64,000 nucleotides of DNA from an uncultured Gemmatimonadales bacterium (GTDB lineage Bacteria; Gemmatimonadota; Gemmatimonadetes; Gemmatimonadales; GWC2-71-9). Made by a program: the position numbers and the translations under genes. Shown piece after piece: positions 10,674 to 18,226 of the stretch. The notes beneath the pieces are model-generated. The model did not search any database. It was not told the origin of the DNA and worked only from the letters and a program-made list of their open reading frames with translations. Each line of letters opens with the position of its first letter. The first letter of the stretch is position 1. The stretch lies in the NCBI GenBank assembly GCA_963795085.1, contig CAWCFX010000001.1, forward strand, positions 668,674-732,673, written 5' to 3'.

Positions 10674-10718
10674 GCACCGGTTCTATTGCCCCGGGACGGG
10701 AACCGGGCCGCCGGCCGT

Positions 10719-12146
10719 TCAATGCTCGCCGTTCGCGAGCCGTTCCCGGATCCGCCGTGCCGCCTCGATCCCGCTGGCGTTGGTGGGGTCCAGCGCCACC
10801 GATTTTTCGTAGTTCCGCAGCGCCGGCTCCAGCTGCCCGTCCGCCAGGTATGCCTCCCCCAGGCTGTCGTAGGGGTTGGGTCGATCAGGATACTCCTCCA
10901 CGTTCAACTCGAAGATCGCGATAGCGTCCTTGACCTGCCGAGCCTGCAGGAGGTCATACCCCAGGGTGTTCAGCAGGAACTCGCTGAACCCAGCCGTAGA
11001 GCCGGCCCGTTTGAGTTCGTGGTACCGGACAATCGCGGCCGGCGCCCCCTGCCGCCGGAGTACATCCGCCATTTCAACGCGTACGCGCCGGGCCGGCGAG
11101 TCGTACTGCTCGTACCTGAGCCAGGCGGCTCCCGGCTGATCCTCGCCGGCCAGGCTCAGGATCGCTCGTTGCAGGGCAAGACCGTTGTCGCTGTTGGCGA
11201 AGTACACCAGGCCGGACTTCCGCGAAGGATCGGCCAGCAGGTACCCCTTGTAGCCGCCGTTGTCCCCCCACTGAAAGAATTCCAGGCCCCGGGCCGTGCG
11301 CTGGAGCCCGACGCCAAGACCCCAGGATACTCCGGAATCCACGGAGACCTGGGGAACCATCATCGCGGCGACCGTCGCCGCTTTGAGGCCCCGGTGATTC
11401 AGGAGCGCGGCCAGGAAGCGGCCGTAGTCGGGGCCGGTGGTGTGCAGGCTGGCCGCCGCGTTCGCAGTGCCGGGGTGCGCCTTGGGCCGGGGCGAGGCGG
11501 CGGCATTGTGGGGCACTGCCACATTGTCGTCGAACCGGGATTCCCACGTGAGGCTGCTGCGGACCATTCCCAGGGGCGCAAACACCTCCCGCCGGGCCAG
11601 GTCGGGCAGGGAGAGCCCGGTAAGTTTTTCCATGACGAGGCCGAGATAGACGAATCCTTCGCCGGAATAGCTGAACCGGGCGCCAGGCTCGAACTGGATG
11701 GTGAGGTTACCGCCCCGGGGCCGCCAGTTGGGGAATCCGGAGGTGTGGCTCAGGATCATGCGCGCCGTGATCCGCTGATATCGTGAATCGTCGGCGATGT
11801 CAGGATAGGGAAGGTACCTGGCGAGGGGCCGGTCGAGGTCGAGCAGTCCCCGATCCATCAGCCGCAGGGCCGCATAGGCCACCACCTGCTTGGTGAGCGA
11901 GGCGGCCTCAAAGACCGTGGCGGTGTCGGCCGCTACCCGGGTTTCCGCGCTCCGGACGCCAAAGGCGCGGGCGTAGACCAGCCGGCCGTTCTCCACGACG
12001 GCGAGGGTCAGCCCCGGCACCCCGGCTGAATCCATGATGGCGGGAAGCCGGCGCTCGAGTTCGGCCGTTCGTTGAGCAAGGGGAACCTGGCCCTGGAGCG
12101 GGCTGGCGGCGAGCAGAACGAGGGGGAGCCAGTGAATGAGGCGCAT
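10719..12146 (-). CDS. serine hydrolase (beta-lactamase / class C-related family) with C-terminal TPR-like region
   Basis: Signal peptide MRLIHWLPLVLLAASPLQGQ. SxxK motif in FEAASLTKQV. YSGEGF matches the Y-x-N-type motif region. C-terminal LGEAYLADGQLEPALRNYEKSVALDP is TPR-like. Confidence 0.8.
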   Translation of the reverse strand: MRLIHWLPLVLLAASPLQGQVPLAQRTAELERRLPAIMDSAGVPGLTLAVVENGRLVYARAFGVRSAETRVAADTATVFEAASLTKQVVAYAALRLMDRGLLDLDRPLARYLPYPDIADDSRYQRITARMILSHTSGFPNWRPRGGNLTIQFEPGARFSYSGEGFVYLGLVMEKLTGLSLPDLARREVFAPLGMVRSSLTWESRFDDNVAVPHNAAASPRPKAHPGTANAAASLHTTGPDYGRFLAALLNHRGLKAATVAAMMVPQVSVDSGVSWGLGVGLQRTARGLEFFQWGDNGGYKGYLLADPSRKSGLVYFANSDNGLALQRAILSLAGEDQPGAAWLRYEQYDSPARRVRVEMADVLRRQGAPAAIVRYHELKRAGSTAGFSEFLLNTLGYDLLQARQVKDAIAIFELNVEEYPDRPNPYDSLGEAYLADGQLEPALRNYEKSVALDPTNASGIEAARRIRERLANGEH

Positions 12147-12309
12147 TTGTTCGTGATGGGGGCTGGGGAAACGAAGACCTCGCGGTCACTGGAGTAGATA
12201 CGGAATAGCGCTGGAAAGGTTTGCAGGCGTTCACGCGGAGGGCGGCAGGACAGGACGGCGATTCGGCCGCGCAGAGACGAAAACGCCCCCGCCGGTGGCG
12301 GGAGCGTAA

Positions 12310-12383
12310 TCGGGACGGCGGGATTTGAACCCGCGACCCCCTGAACCCCATTCAGGTGCGCTACCGGGCTGCGCTACGTCCCG
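12310..12383 (-). tRNA. tRNA-Pro (anticodon GGG)
   Basis: The minus strand reads CGGGACGTAGCGCAGCCCGGTAGCGCACCTGAATGGGGTTCAGGGGGTCGCGGGTTCAAATCCCGCCGTCCCGA. Acceptor stem is 7 bp (CGGGACG/CGTCCCG), D stem GCGC/GCGC, anticodon stem CCTGA/TCAGG. The loop AT-GGG-GT has T33 and G37, and the T arm is GCGGG-TTCAAAT-CCCGC. CCA is not encoded. Confidence 0.9.
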
Positions 12384-12391
12384 TGGAACAG

Positions 12392-12461
12392 CAGAGTGCA
12401 AAGTACAGAGTGCAAAGTACAGAGTGCAAAGGACAGAGTGCAGAGTGCAGAGTACAAGGTG
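12392..12461. repeat. tandem array of ten heptamers (CAGAGTG/CAAAGTA type; 14-bp super-unit CAGAGTGCAAAGTA)
   Basis: Read directly as cagagtg caaagta cagagtg caaagta cagagtg caaagga cagagtg cagagtg cagagta caaggtg. The array ends 8 nt from the mature 5' end of tRNA-Pro. Confidence 0.9.
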
Positions 12462-12570
12462 CGGGCGCCCTGCCTGACTGCGCTACGGCCCGTCACTCCC
12501 CTGGATCCCGCACTGGGCGAGGCGTAAGGTAGCCGATCCCCGCCCATCCCGGTAGGCCGGGCGTCGGGCC

Positions 12571-13041
12571 CTACCTTCCCCGCTGCCTCATGTCCAGGCT
12601 GGTCAGGCCGCCCCCGAAGTAGGCAATCATGAGAGCGCCACCCAGCATGGCCAGGTTCTTCATGAACATGGCCTGTTGGACCCCCACTGCCGCGGGGTCC
12701 GACAGGGTCCAGAACTGGTGCATGGTGAACGTCACCGGGACCAGGAACAGCACGATCAGCCAGGCCCCGAGCCGGGTGTGGAATCCCAGCAGGATGCAGA
12801 GGCCGCCGGCCAGGGCCACCACACCGGAGACGGGCACCAGGATCTCCGCCAGGGGCACGCCCTGCTGGGCAGCAAATCCGATGGTGGCCCGGGAAAAATG
12901 CCGCAGGCCCGACATGATGAAGATCGCGGCGAAGAGCGCCCGGGCAAGCGGGATGACGATCCGCCAGTGTTCCCCCACCGGGATGTGCGCCGGCAGTCGA
13001 GTGACCCGCCGCTCGACGAGCGGTTCGGTGTATGAGGTCAT
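12571..13041 (-). CDS. DoxX family membrane protein
   Basis: 156 aa with four predicted TM helices. LARALFAAIFIMSGLRHF... and PVTFTMHQFW are typical of DoxX-like proteins. Confidence 0.7.
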   Translation of the reverse strand: MTSYTEPLVERRVTRLPAHIPVGEHWRIVIPLARALFAAIFIMSGLRHFSRATIGFAAQQGVPLAEILVPVSGVVALAGGLCILLGFHTRLGAWLIVLFLVPVTFTMHQFWTLSDPAAVGVQQAMFMKNLAMLGGALMIAYFGGGLTSLDMRQRGR

Positions 13042-13212
13042 GATTTCTCCTCGCTAATCCTCGGGTCCACTATGGGTCCTGGTACTCGTTATAGATGTGA
13101 CCACCGTCAATGACGTTCCTTAACGCATTGTCCCGGCACGGGATGGGTAAGATGTACCTGTTCAGCGTATATTCCGCTGCCCGTCCTTTATCCCAGCCCA
13201 GAGCCGGCCTCC

Positions 13213-14520
13213 ATGACTGAGACCTCACCGAATCCAGACGCCCTCCTGGTGCGTGAGCTGGGCACCCGCCAGCTGGCCGCCGGCATTTTCAACTATGTCG
13301 TCGGGAGCGGCATTTTCGCCCTCCCCGCCATCGCGATGGGCATGCTGGGACCTGCGGCCCCGGTGGCCTACCTGGCCTGCGCCATCCTGATGGGCATGGT
13401 GGTGCTCTGCTTTGCGGAGGCAGGGAGCCGGGTGGTAGCGTCGGGGGGGCCGTATGCCTACGTCGAGGTGGCGCTGGGCCCGTTCGTCGGCTTCATGGCC
13501 GGCGCGCTCAACTATCTCACGCAGATCGCCGCGACGTCCGCGGTGACGGCCCTGCTCGCCGATTCGGTGGCCCGGCTGGCCGGCATTGAAGGATCGTTCG
13601 TCTTTCGCGCCGTGTTTGTGCTCGTCACCCTGGCCCTGCTCGCGTGGGTCAACATCCGCGGGGTCCGGACCGGCGCCCGGGTCCTGGAACTGGTGACGGT
13701 GGCTAAGCTGGTGCCGCTGGTGGGATTCGTCCTGATCGGAATGTTTTTCGCCGATGGTGGCAACCTCGGATGGACCGAGACTCCCAGCGTCAAAGGGGTG
13801 CTCGGCGCGGCGGGGATCCTGATCTTCGCCTTCGCCGGCATCGAAGGGGCGCTGGCGCCGAGCGGGGAACTGAAGGACCCAAACCGCACGGTGCCGCGGG
13901 CGGCGTTCCTTGCCCTGGGCCTGGTGACGGTACTGTATATCGCCATTCACCTGGTGGCCCAGGGGATCCTGGGGCCGGAGCTGGCCGTGGACAAAGTGAC
14001 CCCGCTCGCCACCGCGGCGGCCCGGTTCGCCGGTCCGGCGGGGTTCACGATCATGGTGGTGGCCGCGTCCATTTCCATGCTGGGACACACCAGCGGCGCC
14101 ATCCTGGCCACCCCGCGGATGCTGCTGGCCTTCGGCCGGGACGGTTTCATTCCCCGCTGGTTTGCCACGGTACATCCCCGCTTTCGCACTCCCCACGTCG
14201 CGATCGTGATCCACACCGCCGTGCTGGCCGTGGTGGCCCTCTCCGGCACCTTTGCCCAGCTGGCCATCCTCGCCAACGTCGCCGTACTGTCGCTCTATTT
14301 TCTCTGCGCGATCGCGGCCCTGGTGCTTCGGCGGCGGGACGTGCGGCAGAGCGGGGCACCGTTCGAAACGCCGGGCGGCCCCCTGGTCCCGATTCTTACC
14401 TGCGTTGCCATCACCTGGCTGCTCTGGGCCACCGTCACCCGCCGCGAATTCGTGGCCCTGGCCGCAGTGCTGGCGATCGCGGTGGTAATGTACGGGGTAC
14501 GCCGCGCGCGGGGGGCCTGA
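13213..14520 (+). CDS. APC-superfamily amino acid permease
   Basis: 435 aa and about 12 TM helices. The N-terminal RELGTRQLAAGIFNYVVGSGIFALP signature is typical of amino-acid/polyamine/organocation transporters. Confidence 0.8.
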   Translation: MTETSPNPDALLVRELGTRQLAAGIFNYVVGSGIFALPAIAMGMLGPAAPVAYLACAILMGMVVLCFAEAGSRVVASGGPYAYVEVALGPFVGFMAGALNYLTQIAATSAVTALLADSVARLAGIEGSFVFRAVFVLVTLALLAWVNIRGVRTGARVLELVTVAKLVPLVGFVLIGMFFADGGNLGWTETPSVKGVLGAAGILIFAFAGIEGALAPSGELKDPNRTVPRAAFLALGLVTVLYIAIHLVAQGILGPELAVDKVTPLATAAARFAGPAGFTIMVVAASISMLGHTSGAILATPRMLLAFGRDGFIPRWFATVHPRFRTPHVAIVIHTAVLAVVALSGTFAQLAILANVAVLSLYFLCAIAALVLRRRDVRQSGAPFETPGGPLVPILTCVAITWLLWATVTRREFVALAAVLAIAVVMYGVRRARGA

Positions 14521-14524
14521 TCTC

Positions 14525-14600
14525 CGTTCCCTTCCCTGTCGGGAAGGAGGTTGGGCTTCAAACTACCTAACCCCTACCCCCTTCCCTATTGGGAATGGGG
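14525..14600. repeat. left copy (inverted orientation) of the two-hairpin repeat module
   Basis: Hairpins are CCTTCCC-tgtc-GGGAAGG (14530-14547) and CCCCCTTCCC-tatt-GGGAATGGGG (14577-14600, one mismatch). The module overlaps the 3' end of the DUF559 ORF. Confidence 0.8.
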
Positions 14601-15018
14601 TTTGATCATCATCTGGATTGGGGAAGGGCACGTGGCTGACAGTCGGGTGATCCGCAGGCTTCTCGAATTGCCGCAACCACGACCTCCAGTCTTTCCAGGA
14701 CATCCAGGTGCTGAAGTGCACCACCCGGATGTGCCGTCGGCTTAGCGCGGCATCACGGTCACGATCATAGTCGCCTTGGTTGTCATGAATGTCGCCGTCC
14801 AGCTCGATGGCTAGCCGTGTGCTATGACAGTAAAAATCCACAATGAACCCGGCGATGACCTGCTGTCGACGAATGTGAAGCCCGCCAAGCTGATTGCGAC
14901 GGACCGCTTGCCACAGCGTCCGTTCGGCGGCCGTCATGTTTCGCCGAAGCTCCTTCGCGAGCTCGACCTTCGCGCGGTCCACTCGCTGGCCGATAATGAC
15001 ACGGTTGCTCTCCCGCAT
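14563..15018 (-). CDS. DUF559 endonuclease-domain protein (Vsr-like / PD-(D/E)xK fold)
   Basis: TAAERTLWQAVRRNQLGGLHIRRQQVIAGFIVDFYCHSTRLAIELDGDIHDNQGDYDRDRDAALSRRHIRVVHF is the classic DUF559 core. The C-terminal tail ...PFPIGKGVGVR is encoded by the flanking hairpin repeat. Confidence 0.8.
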   Translation of the reverse strand: MRESNRVIIGQRVDRAKVELAKELRRNMTAAERTLWQAVRRNQLGGLHIRRQQVIAGFIVDFYCHSTRLAIELDGDIHDNQGDYDRDRDAALSRRHIRVVHFSTWMSWKDWRSWLRQFEKPADHPTVSHVPFPNPDDDQTPFPIGKGVGVR

Positions 15019-15055
15019 GCCATAATCTGATCTGCATGCCAGCAGAAGTCGTCAT

Positions 15056-15290
15056 CCTTTTTCCGCAGAGCCCATGAATACCCCCTTCCCAGCAGGAAGG
15101 GGACAGGGGTAGCCAGGTCACGCACCCTTTGCCCGCGGAGCCTGTCAAAACCCCCTTCCCAGCAGGGAAGGGGGCTGGGGGTTAGGTCCTTCCCTGCAGC
15201 GAGGGGACGGGGTAGCAGGCCACGCATCTTTCTCCGCAGAGCCTATGAATACCCCCTTCCCAGCAGGGAAGGGGGCAGGGGGTGAGGTCC
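15056..15290. repeat. three tandem copies (about 70-100 bp each) of a GC-rich hairpin repeat
   Basis: Each unit starts ...TTTYYCCGCRGAGCCYRTSAAWA and carries CCCCCTTCCC-agca-GGGAAGGGGG. Perfect 10-bp stems lie at 15151-15174 and 15252-15275, with a slightly degenerate copy at 15081-15102. The middle unit has a second hairpin. Confidence 0.85.
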
Positions 15291-15409
15291 CCGCTTGCGC
15301 TCCTCCGAACCACCCTGCACACTCCCAGGGTGCAACCAAACGGCCGTCTGTTGCGTCTATAGGTTCAGCCGGCTGAGCCGCGCCCGGTTCATTTCCATCA
15401 GGATCCGAC

Positions 15410-16804
15410 ATGTCATTTCCCAATCCCGTCCGCCTGTTGAGGGCGGTTCGCTGGCCGCGTTCCCGGACCAACCGGGCGCTGCTCGTGGTCGGGGCGCTGG
15501 CCGTCCCCGGCGTCTGGCTCTTTGCCCGCAGCCCGGCCGCCTCCGATGCCTCGCTCGTCGCCCGGGTGAAGCACGGGAAGTTCACCCAGACCATCACCTC
15601 GAGCGGCGAGCTCCGGGCCCGCGAGTTCGTCGAGGTCACCGGGCCGGCGAACGCCCAGCAGGCCGGGGCCTACCAAATGAAGATTTCCTCGCTGGTGCCC
15701 GAGGGCACACTCGTCAACGCCGGCGATGTCGTCGCGGAACTGGACCGGTCCACCCTGGCGAATAAGCTCAACGAGGTCTCCCTCGCGCTTCAGAAGGCCC
15801 AGGCCCAGTACGAGCAGGCCATGCTCGATTCGACCCTCAATCTCTCTACCGCGCGCGAGAATATCCGCACCATGGAACTGACGCTGGAAGAGAAGCGGAT
15901 CGCGAAGGAGCAATCGGTGTACGAGGCGCCCTCGGTGCGGCGGCAGGCGGAGATCGACTACGAGAAGGCCGAGCGGGCGCTGGCCCAGGCCCGCTCCGAC
16001 TACGTCACCCGGGAGGAGCAGGCCAAGGCCAAGATGCGGGAGGTCGGCGCCGACCTGGCCCGGCAGCAGGGGCTGCTCAAGGTGGTGCAGGACGTGATGG
16101 AGGCCTTCACCATCCGGGCGCCCTCGGCGGGGATGGTGATCTACGTCAAGGAATGGAATGGCCGCAAGCGGACCTCGGGCTCCCAGGTCAGTTCCTGGGA
16201 CCCGGATGTCGCCACGCTTCCTGATCTCTCCCGCATGGAGTCGGTCACCTACGTCAACGAGATTGACGTCCGCCGGATCCAGGCCGGGCAGCCGGTCACC
16301 ATCACCCTGGATGCCGATCCCGCAAAGCGGCTGAACGGCACCGTGGCCGCGGTGGCCAACGTGGGCGAGCAGCGGCCCAATACCGACGCCAAGGTCTTCG
16401 AGGTGAAGGTCACCATCACCGAGTCCGACACCACCCTCCGCCCCGGGATGACCACCGGGAACTCGATTGAGACCTTCACCACCGATGACGTGCTGTTCGT
16501 GCCGCTCGAGGCGGTCAACAGCGAGAACGGGATTCCCTATGTGTACCGGGTGAACGGCGGCGGCATCGAGAAGCAGGAAGTGGTGACCGGCGCGCTCAAC
16601 GACGACGAGGTGATCATCGCGCAGGGTCTCACCCAGGACGACCAGGTCCTGCTCACGCCGCCCGCCGACGGAGGCCGTATGACCATCAAGCGGCTGCCCA
16701 ATTCTCCGGTTCCTCAGGCGCCCGACACCACCGCGCCCCCCGCCGGCGGCGACACCGCGGCCGGTCCCAGGCCGGTGGCGAATACCGGGCAGCGGGCTCC
16801 CTGA
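15410..16804 (+). CDS. efflux transporter periplasmic adaptor (HlyD/MacA membrane-fusion family)
   Basis: N-terminal TM anchor. Long coiled-coil region (LNEVSLALQKAQAQYEQAMLDS...EIDYEKAERALAQARSDY). A beta-barrel/lipoyl-like C-terminus typical of MFPs. Confidence 0.8.
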   Translation: MSFPNPVRLLRAVRWPRSRTNRALLVVGALAVPGVWLFARSPAASDASLVARVKHGKFTQTITSSGELRAREFVEVTGPANAQQAGAYQMKISSLVPEGTLVNAGDVVAELDRSTLANKLNEVSLALQKAQAQYEQAMLDSTLNLSTARENIRTMELTLEEKRIAKEQSVYEAPSVRRQAEIDYEKAERALAQARSDYVTREEQAKAKMREVGADLARQQGLLKVVQDVMEAFTIRAPSAGMVIYVKEWNGRKRTSGSQVSSWDPDVATLPDLSRMESVTYVNEIDVRRIQAGQPVTITLDADPAKRLNGTVAAVANVGEQRPNTDAKVFEVKVTITESDTTLRPGMTTGNSIETFTTDDVLFVPLEAVNSENGIPYVYRVNGGGIEKQEVVTGALNDDEVIIAQGLTQDDQVLLTPPADGGRMTIKRLPNSPVPQAPDTTAPPAGGDTAAGPRPVANTGQRAP

Positions 16805-16823
16805 CCGGGCGCCGAGATCATCC

Positions 16824-16982
16824 ATGAACGAGCGATTCAACCGCGAGAATCTCGGCGAACTGCGGGCCATCATCGTCGGGCATGTTCTCTTCAGCATGCG
16901 CACGGCGCTGGAGGCCGTGCGGGTCAACAAGCTGCGGGCCGGCCTGACTTCGCTGGGATTCTCTTCGGGGTCGCCTCGGTGA
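16824..16982 (+). pseudogene. 5' fragment of the MacB/FtsX-type ABC permease gene, separated from the body by a 1-nt frameshift
   Basis: It reads ...MRTALEAVRVNKLRAGLTSLG and then FSSGSPR-stop. The expected continuation ILFGVASVIAMLAIG is in the -1 frame, which is the frame of ORF 16979..18226. The shift is at the G-run 16955-16957. Confidence 0.7.
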
Positions 16983-18226
16983 TCGCCATGCTGGCCATCG
17001 GCAAGGGCGCCGAACAAGAGGTGCTGGAGCAGATGCGCCTGTTGGGATCCAACAACGTGGTGGTCACCCCCCTGGTAGAACAGAAAGAAGGCCCCGCCGC
17101 GGAAGAGGACAAGCGGGACGTCAAGAAGTTCACCCCCGGGCTCACCTACGCCGACGCGCAGTCCATCCTGCGGGTGGTGCCCGGCGTCGAGGCCGCCAGC
17201 GCCGAAATCGTGCTCAACACCACGCTGAGCCGGGAGGGCCGCCGCCGGTCCGGCAAGGTGGTGGGGGTGGATACCTCCTATTTCAGCCTGACTAACCTGG
17301 AACTGCAGCGGGGGACCTGGTTCCGGTCGCTGGAGGTGGAACGCGGGCTGCCGGTGGCGATCATCGGCCAGGGCGTCCGCACTCGTTTCTTCACCACCGA
17401 AGACCCCATCGGCAAGCCGCTCAAGGTGGGTGAGACCTGGGTGACGGTGGTGGGCGTGCTCGCCGACCGCCACGTCGCTGACAACTTCGCCGGGCAGCTC
17501 GGCATCCGGGACGCCAACATGGACGTGTACGTTCCGGTCCGGTCCCTGCTGCTCCGCTACCGGAACCGGGCGCTGGTCACCGCGCAGGACGTCCAGGAAG
17601 CCTCCCGCGAGGGCAACTTCGTCTCCAACGACGAACAGCCCGAGTCCGAGGAACAGCGTGCCGAGCGAACCAACTATCACCAGCTGGACCGGATCATTGT
17701 CCGGGTCAGCGAGTCCACCCTGGTGCCCGCGGTGGCCACGGTGCTCAGGAAGATGCTGGAGCGCCGCCACAACGCGGTGGTGGACTTCGAGGTCACGGTC
17801 CCCGAGCTGCTGCTGCAGCAGGAGCGCCGCACCAAGACCATTTTCAATATTGTGCTGGGGGCCATCGCCTCCATCTCGCTCATCGTCGGCGGCATCGGCA
17901 TCATGAACATCATGCTCGCCTCGGTGCTGGAGCGGATCCGGGAGATCGGCGTCCGCCGGGCGATGGGCGCCACCCAGAAGGACATTCTCTACCAGTTTCT
18001 GAGCGAGGCGGTCCTGATCAGCGTGGCCGGCGGGGTCGCCGGCATCCTGGTCGGTGTCGGGATCAGTGCCGGCATCGAGAAGCTGGCCGGTATCGCGACC
18101 ATCGTCTCCTTCGTCTCGGTAGGTCTCGCGTTCGCGGTTTCGATTACGGTGGGGATCGCCTTCGGCATCATGCCCGCCTACCGGGCAAGTCTGCAGGACC
18201 CGGTGGTGTGCCTGAGATATGAGTGA
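16979..18226 (+). CDS. ABC transporter permease, MacB/FtsX family (body of the gene; true N-terminus lies upstream in another frame)
   Basis: 415-aa ORF. It has a large periplasmic MacB_PCD-like region followed by a C-terminal FtsX 3-TM bundle (ERIREIGVRRAMGATQKDILYQFLSEAVLIS). Confidence 0.8.
   Translation: MIAMLAIGKGAEQEVLEQMRLLGSNNVVVTPLVEQKEGPAAEEDKRDVKKFTPGLTYADAQSILRVVPGVEAASAEIVLNTTLSREGRRRSGKVVGVDTSYFSLTNLELQRGTWFRSLEVERGLPVAIIGQGVRTRFFTTEDPIGKPLKVGETWVTVVGVLADRHVADNFAGQLGIRDANMDVYVPVRSLLLRYRNRALVTAQDVQEASREGNFVSNDEQPESEEQRAERTNYHQLDRIIVRVSESTLVPAVATVLRKMLERRHNAVVDFEVTVPELLLQQERRTKTIFNIVLGAIASISLIVGGIGIMNIMLASVLERIREIGVRRAMGATQKDILYQFLSEAVLISVAGGVAGILVGVGISAGIEKLAGIATIVSFVSVGLAFAVSITVGIAFGIMPAYRASLQDPVVCLRYE

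Larger units (their letters stand above)
14525..15290 (-). mobile_element. candidate cassette: DUF559 gene bracketed by inverted copies of a two-hairpin GC-rich repeat module (hypothesis)
   Basis: The reverse complement of 14525-14606 aligns with 15146-15215. Compare caaaccccattcccaatagggaagggggtaggggttaggt with caaaacccccttcccagcagggaagggggctgggggttaggt, each followed by a second ccttccc...gggaagg-type hairpin. The interior is lower in GC than the flanks. There is no transposase. Confidence 0.3.

Noticed and set aside
10674-10718. Possible terminator hairpin (CCGGTTC...GAACCGG) between the convergent HD-GYP and beta-lactamase-like genes
   Set aside because: The stem is 7 bp with a 16-nt loop and no U-tract on either strand.
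12392-12461. Whether the tandem arrays here (and at 48857 and 49875) could be CRISPR arrays
   Set aside because: Units are 7-8 bp and directly abutting with no spacers, there are no cas genes in the window, and the repeat length is far below CRISPR repeats.
15365-15376. Perfect 12-bp palindrome TCAGCCGGCTGA 34 bp upstream of the MFP gene (and TGCAC-N9-GTGCA at about 15316-15334) as possible operator sites
   Set aside because: Short GC-rich palindromes are frequent by chance at this GC content, there is no adjacent regulator gene, and I cannot test conservation. I noted it but do not call it a feature.
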